Of a DNA stretch of 64,000 nt, positions 25,301 to 38,949 are shown in pieces. The notes under the pieces are model-generated. The model was not told the origin of the DNA, did not search any database, and worked only from the letters and a program-made list of their open reading frames with translations. The DNA is taken from NCBI RefSeq assembly GCF_030144855.1, contig NC_082731.1, forward strand, positions 9,734,001 through 9,798,000, given 5' to 3'. The number at the start of each line of letters is the position of its first letter. Position 1 is the stretch's first letter. The translations under genes were made by a program, and so were the position numbers. The stretch comes from Hypanus sabinus (Eukaryota).

Positions 25301-26752
25301 GTCGTTCGACAGATGAGTCCATGGTCTAGCATGCTGTATGGTCGCAAAGCATGGAAAAGAGAATAGAAATGGATTTAGGAAGATGGGCTTCACCAGGAAA
25401 AGGAAAGAAAAACGTGTAGATATTTCCCTTCAATAGATGCTGCCGAGTTTGCTGAGTTCCTTCAGCGTTCAGTCGGAATTGCCGGTATAAAATTCGGGCA
25501 TGTTGCTGTGAAAGTGGGTGAAGGAAAGAAAAATGAGTGAGCTTTGATAGAACGGATGGTTAATTCCAAAACCTATATGCCACGAGACTTAGAGCCAGCA
25601 ATATGAGTTAGTATCCAAGCATGACAACTGAGAATTTGAGATCATCATCTCATTAAAAATAAATGGCTTTATTTTGAAGTTAGCTTTGGCAGATCGCAAG
25701 GCATGAACTAAAAAGCCAGGAAGAAAACTAATGCTTTGGAGGAAAGAATATCTCTTCTCCTTCCCCAGCTGGCTCCAGTGTCACGAATTGAACTTCTTGA
25801 CCATAATCACGGAACATTTAGGATCCTCGTCTTTAGAAAGATAAAAATCCACTGTAATTGAAACCAGACATTAAAAAAAAGAATGCCATAAGAATCTGAA
25901 TTTGAAATCTCCAGTTCTCCCTTATGGACTGGAATATATTTCAGTTCAGCTAGACCCCGTTACTGCCATCCTGTGATCATTGTTGGTATACCAAGACAAG
26001 ATTTAAGCATTCATCATTTTCAAAATTTATGTGTTCTAAATCCATTTATCCGCCTTAGCTCATGAATATCAACAGGTTAATCTAAAAAAACTAAAAGCTA
26101 TTGGCCTCAGCCAACCCAAAATTTCACAGGTAAAATTTACGCAATATTTGTTTGAACTTGTGAGGGAAAAATTAGGAGGTTTTACTCATATCTCATTCAT
26201 TTTATTCATATCCTTTTATAGAATCCCACACTAGCCATTGTTTTAGCATAAATTTTATTCACAGTTCACACTTCAATGCCATCACTCTTATTCTAATGAA
26301 GGGCAGAGAAGACAATGGACCTCTCCATTTCCTACATATTTGGGTACCGATATCATTTCACCAATTCAGCACTGAATGCCCAGGGAATATGTTGTCATAA
26401 CTAAAAGTACAGCTCGGAAGAACTATGGTTCACAATAAATCTTTGTGCCTCTTCCAGGCGCAGTACCATCTGACACGTTTTGTGTTGCAGACATAAGTGT
26501 CTGTTATTTTGCGAAGGGTTACCAGCATCCGTGAAATTTAGCATTTGTGAATGCTTGCTGAATTAACTGTGGTGAGCAATGAAACTTTCCTACAGTTGGG
26601 ATCTGTATGATACAACTGAACTCAAAAGCAGAGAACGCTGGAAATAATCAGCAGCTCGCTGCATCTGTTGGAAAGATTCAATGTGATAACCTCGAATTGG
26701 AAATGTGAACACTAGCAATGAATGATTGTTTTGGAGTGTGTGTATGTGTTTG

Positions 26753-26756
<4 letters not shown>

Positions 26757-26816
<60 letters not shown>
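26757..26816 (+). repeat. (AG)n microsatellite preceded by a TG-rich tract
   Basis: Direct reading, about 30 AG units. Confidence 0.95.
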
Positions 26817-26819
<3 letters not shown>

Positions 26820-29800
26820 GGCAGACGGTCTATATGACTGCGTATTTGTGTGAGAAACAGGGACAAACAGACAGAAAGAAGCAGTGAAAGGGGGACAGAC
26901 TGACAGAGAGAGGGATGGGGGGGGGATGTCAATTTACCAATTCTCGAATTTAAGTAGCGATTTTTATTTACATCCAACTCCTACAGGACTCGACATGCTC
27001 ACGTACATATTGTCAAATATCATCGGGATCTTGCATTTTTTTCAATTGCTACATACTACTCTCTGAAAGAAGAGCGAATGCATTCGCAACCTGTTCAATA
27101 CTCCATTTTAAGACAGGTTACCCAACCCCACCTATGAATTCAGCGAGCCTTTATTTCCAAAGAAGCAACATATGACTGTAAACAGATTTCCAGGTGTTAC
27201 CTCAACAACGTCCAATAAAACTCTAGCAAACTTCTCTTATTTTGTTTCAAATTTCTCGATAATAAACGGCAGCATTCTGTCAATTTCCCGGATAATCGGA
27301 GCACCGCATATTTATTCTCAGCATCAGTCGCTAGGTGGTGATGTGACGTTGGGAGTCGATTGATAAGACACTAGAAAAAACCTCTCTAAAATTTACGAAA
27401 ATGTGATTCACAGCATTGGAGGTACAAGAAACACGTGGGGATCCACGGAATAATTAGGGGATGATGATGCTTCTGTTTAAAAAAGCACAGGAAGTGTTTC
27501 AAGCAATTGGTAGGGATTGCTTGGAATTCTCCGTTCAAACAGGACGTAGATGTTCAGGTGATGGGAATGTTCCAAACTAAATTGATAGTAAAGTAATCGC
27601 GAATATGCAGTAGAGGAAAAGAGTCGGCTGTGATCCTACTGATTGGTGGAGCTTGTTATTGCTTTAAATGCGTACATTGCAAAGAAAGGTCAAGTAACCA
27701 GGTAAGCAAAGTGAAATTGCGTGGAATGGACGGACAAAATGACACCTTGAAGGATATTAGCAATAGAAACTGGATGGTAAAGATGCATCTAGCAGAGAAA
27801 TGCTGGGCATGAGATATCAGTTAAATGAAAAGTAAAAGGGAGGTGAGAGTTAATATTGGACCACTGGATAATTATGCTGGTGAGGCAATAATGGAGTCAG
27901 GAACATAAAGCTCTCAACCGTCTCGTCAACAGTAAGTGTAGAGAGGAGCATGTTCACATTCTCCCTTCCTGAAGTAAATAACCAATTCGTTTGTTTTGTT
28001 GTTATTGAGGAAAATGTTGTCATGATTCCATGCCACTATGCTGTCTATCTCCTTCATGTTCTGAGACTTCAAAATCTCAGAGTGCAGCTTCAAGTTCTTG
28101 AGCATCAACATCAACGACGATCTATTCCGTGCTCGGCATATCAAACCAATCAGAAAGGAAGCACACCAGCGGCTATACTTCATTGGGAATTTCGGGAGAT
28201 TTGAAATGTTGCCAAAGACTCAAAGAAATTTCTACATATGTACTGTGGAGAACATTACGACTGGTTGTATCACCGGCTGTTATGTAGGCTCCAATGCACA
28301 AGATCGAAAGAGGATGCAGATGTTTGTAGACGCAGCCAAATCTATCGAGAGCAAAGTCTTCTTCTACCTTGGGCCACAAACTTATCATCCACCCCTGATG
28401 AGTTATTAATTTCAAACTTTCTGCATAATCACTCAAACAGTTGACCTGCAGGTGCATGTAACGAGAGCTGTATAACTAATCTCCTTCTAACTTAGGCCAC
28501 AGCCACAGATTTATCAATCACCCATCTGTGGACACTTTCTGGAGGTTCAAGGTCCGTATGCTCCACGACCGCTGGACTAAGTGTGTAAGTGTAGGAGGGA
28601 ACTATGTTGAAAAATAATTGTGCTACGTTTTCTAAAATTGACTCCGTCTACCTTAGGTCACGAACTTATCAATCACCCCTCGTATTACAGAATCACGTTA
28701 TCTCTATAAACGACCTCGAATAACACATCCCAGTTGCGACTTCCATTCTCCAGTTGAGACATTTTTTTTTCTACATGTGACCTAAATGCTTCACTTAATT
28801 ACGAAGAAGCTGGTCAATGCAGAGTAAGTTGCATTTTAAAGTAATTCCAATGTAAAATATTCGCTGACAACTTGTAGAATAAATACACGAAATCCACGTG
28901 TGCCTTGGTAGAGCATAAGCAGTTAATGGCAAAAATTAGCAACGAATATATTGTGATACATATCACAACGTGTTACATTGCATAGTGTGTTCTCTACGAA
29001 AACTGCTGTCAGGATGTTAGTAACGCTTTCAGTGGAAATAGTCCCATCATGGTTCCCGACCGTCCTGGACTCAAAAGCTTCAAGATTTTTACCAGATATT
29101 GATAACAGTCCGAATGACATTATGGGCACAGGTTGTGATGTTCCCCGTGGGCAATAAAATGCATTACTGTGACTCCAAAATTACATGGCAACACACATTG
29201 TAATTAAAATCTAGCAGTAAAAACATGTCTTTGTTCACACTATCAATTTCCAGAACTACTTAGTGACTGGAGGAAACACATCCTGCAGATGTGTTTGGTG
29301 GTGAGCACTTCCCGTGAGTGAAGTAAGATGAGTATCTTCATCCATTTAAGTCAGAATCAAAGGCTAACATTCCCGAAAGAACACGGGAGATACTGCATCA
29401 GAACCTGAATGACAAAAAATTCCTGCGATTACAATCAGGTTGCTGTTCTCAATCAATTTCACCTGTGCAGCCTGAGTTTTGCGCAATTGTAACATTGCCA
29501 ATCTATTGAATCTATGAAGTTTCGTTACTACTGTATTGACTTATCAGGTATGATTAAGTCATGGGCAATTACATTCGGAACACGGCTATTTATACATTAG
29601 TTATATTCCTTTACCTTAATTTCATATATCCTGATATCTTTTTGCCATCAAGGCCGAACTGGTGTTGATTCTTCCGAGGACCTAAAGTCTGGGGAATAAT
29701 AAATGCTTTCTTCAACAGATTATATCCTTTCGGTGATCTAAACAATAATATTTTCCTTACATGTAGTAAATTCCAGCTAGAATATCAACAAGGAGAATGC

Positions 29801-30579
29801 AATAAAATTGTTCAATGCAAATGCATTTTACCTGAAAATTCTGGTTTAAATCTCATGCTCCTCCACATGCGTTAATCTTTGCTTGATATTAGTCAAATTT
29901 CCCACAATAATAATTAAAGTTGTATGTTGTATATCCAAAAAAAACAAGATGGCGATTCGATTCATGCATGCAACTGTGAAACTGGCATTCTAAAGACTGA
30001 GGATCAATCGAATCATCTTGCCAATAATTGGGCCTGCTGCGGAAGTAACCAAATATATTACACCGTTGAAATAAACGAATGGTGATGATTACAAAAAGAT
30101 TGTTGGTACTCTGACTTCGCAACAAAGTTAATCTGTTGGATGAATCTATTCATTCTTTACTAACAAAAAATAATCGGCAACGATCCTCACAGAATTTGAA
30201 ATACAAATTAACGAATTAAAATTATCTTTATTTTCATAAAAGTGAAAGGGCAACACTGTGAGCTAAATTGTGTGAATTACTGATTATGTCGCGCTTCATA
30301 GCTTAGAATCTTGTTGAGGTAAAGAAATCAGTTTACTTACCTTGCGAGTTAAACTTGCTGAGTTCAAATAAAAGCAAATTTAGCTTAGCATTCCAGTCCA
30401 GTCATCTTCTCTGCCTGCCAGATGCTCTCACATGCAAATCTATCCAAAACTTTGAAATCTATCCAAAATTCAAATGTTTAAAGTACAATTATTATCAAAC
30501 TACCTATATATTCTACAGCCTTGAGATTCTTCTCCGAAGGGGCAGCCATGAAATAAAGAAAGGCACAAGAGAAGACTGT

Positions 30580-32600
30580 CAAACACCCAATGCGTCACTA
30601 CGTTCGGTTATTGCCCAACTGCGGAAGGAGAGACCCTGAAGCAGGTCGATAGTTCACAGACTTTAATGCCAACAGTGTTTGAGGGAAAAGAAAGCAATAA
30701 ATGCTAGGCCAAACAGGGCCCTTAACTAAAACCCTCGAATAGCAAACGAAACCAACACTGCGGCTGAAAGGAATAACTAAATATAAAATGAATACTGCTA
30801 GTCTTTCGAGTTAGTTGACCGGACAGTCCAATTTCTCCAATTTCGCGGGCAAGGCCGAAAGCAAGCAGACACCGAAATGTTGTTGTGTTTTGCATATGTC
30901 TCGACAAGCACTGCAACGAAAAGAATGAAGATAGATACTATCACAATGAAAGAGTAATCAGATGTCAGGTGCATATTCAGGAGCGCAATTGCCGTATTTC
31001 AGCGCTGCCGGATCTACGGTTGTAACAGGGCATCCGTCTCTCAGCGCAGATCCTGAGGCCCCACAGTCCTGTGTCCGCTGTAAGTCCCGGATGAGGAAAT
31101 TCTCCAAAATGTCCTCCGCAGGTATCCAAGAACGTTGTTCTGGATTGTAAATCACCGTTCCCTGTCCACAAGATACTGGACGTACCCGGCAAGATGCCAG
31201 GAGGCACCACACCATAAAAACCAGGGAACCATCTACCTAGCAGGGAGAAGGGCTATGACGGGATAACAAGGGGAGACAAAGTACCAGTGGCAGTTCAGGC
31301 AAATCAACCAGATAGAAAGGGTTATTCATGATCGTTGACTTCGAGCATAAGTTGGTGGAGCCGATGCCCAGAGGTCGACCGTCCAGCGACTTGACGTTGA
31401 TGTTCTCTTTTAATTCCTGAGTTGAAAATCCCCATGTTTCATCTGGAGAGATGTACATGAGGTTCCCAATCCCAACTGCACCACAGTCGATAAACGCCTT
31501 AGGTTCATGGGTCTGACACCTCCACGTCAAGGCAACTGCGAGCATTACACAATTAGGGGAGACTGACTGAAGAGAGAACTGACGCGTCACGATTCCCCTC
31601 CCTGCTGACGGGTATCGTGTTTTACCGGACACTTGAAACCTGCAGCCCGGAAGTGTCTTTGATCGCCACATCAGAGGCAGCAACATGTTTTCCTGCGCCG
31701 CTCCCGTTCCTCCTGAGAGAGGCGCATGTGCCCTACTTGCATAGGCTCCTCTGTGGACTGGGTTCGGGAGGTGACGGATGGAGAGAGGGCGATGAAAGAC
31801 GGTGATCAAACAGGGCACAGGATGCTTGAAACATACTTTCCCTGTGCCACTCAATGACTCGGTCAACAGCTCGGATAGCTTGATGAATCAGATTATCCAG
31901 ACTATCCTGCTCGTCCCGGACAGCGAGTTTATGCCGGACCCCGCGTTCAGTCCACGCTAAAAAGTGGTGATGAGTGATCCTTCATTCCAAACCGTCAAGC
32001 ATGCGGAATTTGACTGCGTTGGCTCTCACCGTTCCTCTGCCTTAGCGCAGGTCCAAGAGTCGGTGGGCAGCCTCCTGGCCCAGTCTTGGAAGGTCAAAAA
32101 CTCTGCATAACTGTGCCACGAAATGTCGGAACGACTGGGCTGCGGGGTATCCTTACTCCCGTAAAGCGTTGAACAGGATGAGAAAATCCAACTGGAAGAT
32201 TGATCTTGAACGCCAGATTTTGAACATCTATACCAAAGCGACCAGGCGGGGCCTGGAATGTCAGCTCTCACTGAGTAATAAAATTCCTGTATCAATCGGG
32301 ATCACCGGAATATCTCCCTGCTTGTGGAATACTCGGTTCTTGTAGGGACGCGGGGATCCGTGGCGCCCGAAGGGAGTTGGTTCCTGTCCGGGAGCGGGAG
32401 CGGATGCAAGAGTAGCGGAGGTTGTCCGGGCAGCAGAAAAGGACCTGCAAGATGTTGGGAATAGGACTGAGCGGGCAGAAGCTGCTGAATTGTATTGGCA
32501 AGAATGTAAGCAGCAATCATCTGACGCTGGATGTCCACAGCGAGCTCGTGGACGGCGGCCGTTAGATCAGAAATCACAGACACCTGATTCCGATGAGACT
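30580..32600 (-). mobile_element. Internally deleted Ty3/Gypsy chromovirus (sushi-ichi-like): gag, zinc knuckle, protease, chromodomain, 3' LTR
   Basis: YSGDPD..NFITQ.ELTFQA gag motif, degenerate CxxC...H knuckle, KAFIDCGAVG protease, LCLPLLSRHSP, then EQRSWIPAEDILENFLIRD chromodomain. LTR-like sequence starts TGTTACA at ~31027 on the minus strand. No RT, RNase H or integrase core seen. Confidence 0.8.
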
Positions 32601-32719
32601 GTGTTTATCAGCACGAGATTACCTGCCTCATTGCTTCCATAACTTCACTCAGAATAGATTCAATTGCCTGTAGCTTGTCCCCGACTTCACCAATGAATCT
32701 CAGGGTCAAGGTCAGGGCC

Positions 32720-33100
32720 AAAGTCATCTAAGTTACTTGACCGTGGAACGATTGCTAATGCCAATCATTGCGGTGTGAGTATTTCAGATACTGCTGATCT
32801 CCTGGAATTTTCACGCAGATCGTTCTGTAGAGTTTACAGAGAATGTATCGAGATACAATCAAACAATTCCACTGAGTGGCAGTTGTATGGGCGAAAACCT
32901 CTAACTAGTAAGAAAGGTCGGGAGAGAATAACCAGACTGTTTCAAGCTGACAGTAAGGCGATGGTAACACAAATAACCACGTGTTTCTACAGTGAAATGC
33001 AGAAGAGCATCTCTGATACACAGCACATCGAACATTGTAGTTGTCGGGCTACCGCAACAGAAGACCATCAACATACACTGGCCACTTTATTAGGTACACG
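32720..33100 (+). mobile_element. Tc1/mariner deletion derivative
   Basis: Tc1 HTH-type reading (SISDTADLLEFSR...RLFQADSKAMVTQIT), ending in a tggccactttattaggtacac TIR-type motif. Confidence 0.75.
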
Positions 33101-34259
33101 AGGAATCAAAATGTTTTCTATGGTAAATAAATTAACGAAAGGCAACCAGAATTTTGATTTAAAGTTAGCTTCAGTACACCGCAAGGCACTACCACATTAA
33201 CATAAATGCTCATGTAGTTCTCCAATACCCTTCTTGAAAGAATACCGGCAGGCTTTCTCCACCCAGTTTCCTCAGACTCGCTATCTGCATTTCTCAGCCA
33301 TTATCAAGATAAAAAAAATAACTCACGTCTTTAGAAAGATATTAATCCACATTAATTGGATCCCAGCAGAAAAGATTGAACGCCTTCATAATTTAATCAG
33401 AAATCTTCAGCTGATGATTCAATGGCTGGGAAAAAAAATTAAACTTAATCCCATTACCCCATCTAGTAATTGTTGTTGGTATAGCATCTCAGGAGGTGAG
33501 CATTCACAAAGCGCTCATTTTCTGTATTCTAATTCACCTTACCGGATTCATCTGAGGGCATCTGATAAATTTATGTAAAAGAAATAAGCTATTGGCCTCA
33601 GTGTGCCTGAATTTAATCTTTTCCTTCATCTGCTTACCATTGGGCAATACTTTTGATAGAGTGTGAATGGAAAGAAACAGAAACCTATCTCCTAATTTCA
33701 ATTAGGTCTCTTTAATGATTCCCACAGCAGCGTTGTTTTATTCCATTTTGATCTAACAAGTTTCAACATTTTAAAATTTCATTGCAATCAGTCATGTTCT
33801 TCTCAACATCAAAGATAGCAGGCCTCTCGCATTCTACACAATTCAAAAGCTTATATTATTCCATTAATTCTGCTCTGACTTCCCATGGATAACAGACCCC
33901 TAAATAAAACAAAACTGCTGACATGATAAACGACCATGCATTATAAGGTTTTTTTTTGTGTGTCACTTGCAGAGGCAGCTTGGCTTGACAACACTTTGTG
34001 CTGCTGTTATATGAAATATTTCGAGTATCCGTTGAATTCTGCATTTGTCAATACATAGCAGCTGAAATAGGCTGCAATATTGTATGTGTTCTTGTTCTGG
34101 TCTGAAGTAAACTGTACCGTAGATGAGTTCTAAACAAGATATGACACAAATTAACTCAAAAGTAGGAAGTGCAGCAAAAACAAAATCGACAGCTCAGTAT
34201 ATCTGTAGAGAGGGAAACCATGGTGACATTTCAGGTTAATAACCTTGCATCACAAGTGG

Positions 34260-35040
34260 GAAAATTACAAATGATAGATTTTACCTAAAACTGTTTAGAA
34301 CCCTATGGCCGCATGCGGCAGGAAATTCCATTGATTCACTATCCACCGGCTAAAAAGCTCCTCTTTATCTCCATTCTAAATGGACATTTCCTTATTCTGA
34401 GGATATACACTGCGGTCCTAGACTCCTCTCACCTCTAGAAAGATCCTCTCCACATCCACTCATTCGATTGGTTGTAATGAGACAACCCGCCACCCTGTCA
34501 GCCAATGTTTTTTTATTCCTACTACCAAAGTGCAATACCACACACTTCACAACATTGTATTCCATTTGCCTCTTCTTTGCGTATTCTCCAAATTTATCGA
34601 AGCCCTTCTGAAACCTCCCCGATTCAAATCTACTTCTGCCTCCCTCTATCCTCCTTGAACAAGGAGGCAAAGCAGCGCCTCCGCTTCATTAGATTGAGTC
34701 TAGCAAAGCTCCTACCCACCATCGTAACTGCGATTTACAGGAGCACCATTGAGAACATCCTGATACGTTGCATCTTTATCTGGTATGGGAGCAGAAGAGC
34801 ATTGGAGCGGAAGTCCCTACAAAGGACTGTGAGAAAAGTTGGGAGGATCACAGAGGTCTACCTACCATCCAGAAGAGACATTTATCTGGAGCGCAGCATA
34901 GGCAGGAACGGTAGTACTGATAAGTATTCCACCCACCCATCCAGCATCCGCTTTGACTTTCTACCTTCAGGCAGGAGATAACAATGCATAGAAACAAGAA
35001 CGGTCAGGATGAGAAACAGTTTCTTCCCATTAGGCTTCTA
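34260..35040. mobile_element. CR1 fragment (minus) plus Rex/L2-like RT C-terminal fragment (plus)
   Basis: EYAKKRQMEYNVVKCVVLHFG on minus; YRSTIENILIRCIFIWYGS...LPSGRR on plus. Confidence 0.7.
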
Positions 35041-36649
35041 AACTGCCGGCCCCAGCGTATTCAGCGTGTCATTAGTTAATCTGCACTGCACCGTCCAATA
35101 TTTAAAATTAATGCAAAGGGACGAAAATAAGAAGACTTGAATGACTTTGAAAGGATACATCAGCTCTGCAGGTGGACGGTAAAACTGATCTGAAAGGCAG
35201 AGATCAATGGCACAAGAAGAGAGAAGAATAAAAGGATGAGGGTGAGCTAAAGTTGGAAATGTGAACTAGAAGACCGAAATTAAATCTGAAATTGGTTAAT
35301 TCAGTGCAATTTCTGAAGTCGAGTGACGAATTTTCAAAATTATTAAGCATATAGGTGGAGGAGCGTTATGATCAATTAAATTGACAAACAATTAATAAAT
35401 CCTAACAGATCCTGCGGATTAACTGTAGGATCCTGCCTAACGGTGATCCATTTACCCTTTGACTTCCTGCAATACCAGAATCTGTACTATGGACATCGAT
35501 TGTATCATACGAATTTTGGAAGTTAAAAAGAGCAAGTGTTGCTTCACCTGAGATTCCATACAACTAACACGTATTTGCCTTCCCTTTAGCTTCGCTTTTG
35601 CATTTTGCTCGGATCATGCAGACTTGACTTTTAAACTCGTAGGGATCTCGAAATGACCGGTCACTTTGCTCGATATATTTTGAAATTTCACATCTCGCAC
35701 TCTTATCCTGATTATGATCCCGTTGTTGTGGAAGTAAATATCTAGGTATTTTACCTGTTCCCCGAAGGCAGCACAGCGAAATCCAGTTTAAAGACATGAC
35801 ATTCGGTATTTATTTACTCCATTCCCAAGAATCTTTATTCTTCCATCAGACTGAAAAAGAGAAACACAATACAGGACACTCCAAAGTCGCGTCCGTGGAA
35901 GTTTATTCCAGCACACCTTCCTCAGACTAACTGTTCTTTCAGTGCGTCAGCGTAAATTGTTGGCAAAATCTTACATGAATTTGATTCCATTTCCTGACTG
36001 TGTTTCTTGATTAAAGCAAAGAATTCTCCATGGAGAAACATGTGCAGCCTCAACCATTTCCTTTCCATTTGTGAACAGCCAGTCGCGATCAATGGCCATT
36101 CCACCCTTGGTGGCTCCTGGCTCTCCCTCTCGAATAATTAAACTCCATTGTTCAATATAACCCTCACCATTACCTACGGGCGGTCACTACACAAACATCA
36201 GTGAGGTTAGCTTTAGGCTGCTCACAGGTCAATGTAAATAACTGGAATTCAGGGTTGGGTTATCGATTGATATTTCCGCCTGTTTTCAGTTTATTTGAAT
36301 TCATCAAGCGACCACCAGACGCGACGGATTCCCCTAATTAATATTCTTAATGGGATTAAATTTCATCCAAGCAATAAACACAAAAGTCAGTGACCTGAAA
36401 ATCATACAATGTTAGATCGTGATAGAAGAGTCAATGTGCAATTCTTCTTCCCATTGCAAAGAGTCAACATAATTGATAACCATAAAATTATGGTGCTAGA
36501 ACCCACTGAATCAAGTTTATTGCCATATACACAAATATATGTGTGCACAGGTGCAAAGGAAAACTTGCAGCACCATCACAGCCAAACGGTAGTGTATGGG
36601 CATTTGGTGTATAATGGATTCCAGTCCGTCAATACTGGAAATCTATAGC

Positions 36650-37440
36650 AACGCTGGAGAAACTCAGCAGGTCAGACAGCATCGATGCAAAAGAATAAAC
36701 AGGCGACATTTTCATAACTGAGAAGGAGGGGGGAAGGTGCAAGAATAAATAGTGGGTGGGTGCGGAAGAAGAGGATGGTTATAGGTGAAACAAAGTGTAT
36801 ACGAAAGGTCAAGAACTGGAGAAGAAGGAATCTGATAGGAGACGACAGTCGACGACAAGAGAAAGGGAAAGAGGGGACCCGAGGCGAAGGAATAAGCAGG
36901 TGAGAAGAACTAAAAGGCCAGTCTGAGGAAAAGAGGAATTTTAATTCCGATTTCCATTCCTGTTCCCGTTCAGACGTGTCGATACATGGCCTCCTTTTGT
37001 GACAAAATAAGGCCACTCTCAGGGTTGAGGAGAAATAGAACATTATTCGTCTGGGTGACCCTCCAACTTGATTGCATGAATATCGATTCTGCGTCCGGTA
37101 GATAAATCCGTGCACACTTCCACTATTCCACTATCTGACCTTTTACTTCTTTTCACTTGCCTATTACTTCCCCCAGGTTCCGTTCCTTCTTCCATTTTCC
37201 TATGGTTCATTCTCCTGTCCCATTAGATTCTTCTCCAGCCCTTAACCTTTTCCCCTCACCTGGCTTCACCGACTAACTTCCAGCTGGCATATGTCTCCTC
37301 CCACCACCGCTTTCTTCTGGTGTTTTTTTCCCTTCTTTTCAGAGCTGAAGAACGGCCTCAGCCCGAAAGGTCAACTGTTTATTCTTTTCCATAGATGCTG
37401 AATGATCTGAGTTCCTCCTGCTCTTTGTGTTTCGTTGCTT
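36650..37440. mobile_element. Inverted pair of Penelope-like 3' ends
   Basis: gaaactcagcaggtcagacagcatc at ~36660 faces gatgctgaatgatctgagttcctcc at ~37395; degenerate ctgaagaacgg..cccgaaag at ~37345. Confidence 0.6.
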
Positions 37441-38049
37441 TGAATTATACACAACGTTTGGTCAATAAATCTGTTTTGAGATCATTTTGAGAGCAAAATC
37501 TGGCAGTAGTGTCACTGAGCATCTATATATAACCCTGAGAGCTTTCCAACCACACAACCAATTTATGATCAAGAAAATGCGAAAATCTGCAGATGCTGAA
37601 AATGAAAGTAATTCGTGATATCAGATTCGGATTTGTTCTTTGATAACAATGGTGAGTTCAATTTCAGATTTGAAAGACAAGTTATGAAATCCATATCCAA
37701 ATCTGCATGGACGCAAGAAAATCAATTCTTTTTTTTTATATTATAGAACATCACCATACAAATTTAACAGCGTGACTTTACAATCCCCCAAGAGTCATAT
37801 ATAAGTTGCGATTTCTAATCAAAGTCCAAAGCACATTTATTATCAATCTTTCCGCTGGTTGCCTTGCATATTATAAAATACGCTATTCATTTTACGGTTC
37901 CAAGCACCTCTATGTACGAAGTATTGGTAGCATTGACCGGTCCAATCTCACGAACATGACACTGTGCTGAGGTGGCGAGCCTCCGAAACACTAGAAGCCA
38001 GTTACTAAATAAATTAAGGGTTGATTTTTCAATGGAACAAACGGAGTTC

Positions 38050-38760
38050 TGTAAAAGTTTGGATGGTCTTTTTAGGGCGAAGTAGGCAGTGTATATACTA
38101 CAGCCGGATTATGATGAGACTGTAAGTCCATATTGCAGATGCACTGCATTTAAATAGAGCGGTAAAGCAAGCTTGCCTCGTCGTTACGGGTACCTAGTGT
38201 AAGAACCAGGAAGTCCTGATGCAGCCGCATAAACTGATGGTTAAGCCGCACTTAGAATATTTTCTGTAGTTATTTGGCCCCGTTACAGAAATAAAGTGAA
38301 TGTCTTGGAGAGCATTAAGATAGTGGTGGTGGAGGGGATTGGTTATAAGGATTCTGCCTAGATCAGCTGGCAGTCCTTACAAGGAGTTGTTTCATAAATT
38401 TGCATTGTTTTCTCTGGAGCATCATAGTTAAGGGCGACAGATTGTTTATAAATTCATAGAGTCATGACTGCCAAAATCGCTTTCCCAGGGTATAAACGTC
38501 GAATACTAGAGAGAATAGATGATCGATGAGATTTGTCGATGTATGGGGCAATTTAATTTTAAGACAATATGTGATAGGTGTCTGAATGGCACTGTCAGGG
38601 ATACTGATGGAAACACGCCAGCGGCCTTTAAGGGGCTTTTAGACAGGCACACGCTCATGCGAGAAATACAATGATATGGATCATGTGCAGACAAAAGGGA
38701 GCAATTTAATTTGGCATCAAGGGACGAAGGGCCTGTTCCCGTCCTGTATGTTCGGTGTTC
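38050..38760 (+). mobile_element. CR1 3' end, decayed
   Basis: Residual CR1 RT C-terminal and 3' UTR sequence. Confidence 0.6.
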
Positions 38761-38949
38761 GTGAGACAATGAGGCAAAGTTATTTTCTGTCGTTGGATAC
38801 TGGAAAACCCTTTAGTAGTGATCTCCAGGTAGAGCGGAATTAGTTTATGATATTTCGCCATTTGATGCAAAAGTCGACGCAGTGAAAAGAACATGACAGT
38901 TGCGAGAATAACTCAAGGTCGAATTACTTGGACTAAGTTGTTCACGTTA

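Noticed and set aside
22915-29300. Chain of exon-like segments (~22915-23095, 24929-25003, 26458-26571, 29254-29300)
   Set aside because: Individual splice sites look plausible, but I could not assemble a consistent stop-free frame or recognise a protein.
33973-34080. CC-chemokine-like reading (CCCYMKYFEYPL...AEIGCNI)
   Set aside because: It needs a frameshift, and the homologous copy at 26458 does not keep the pattern.
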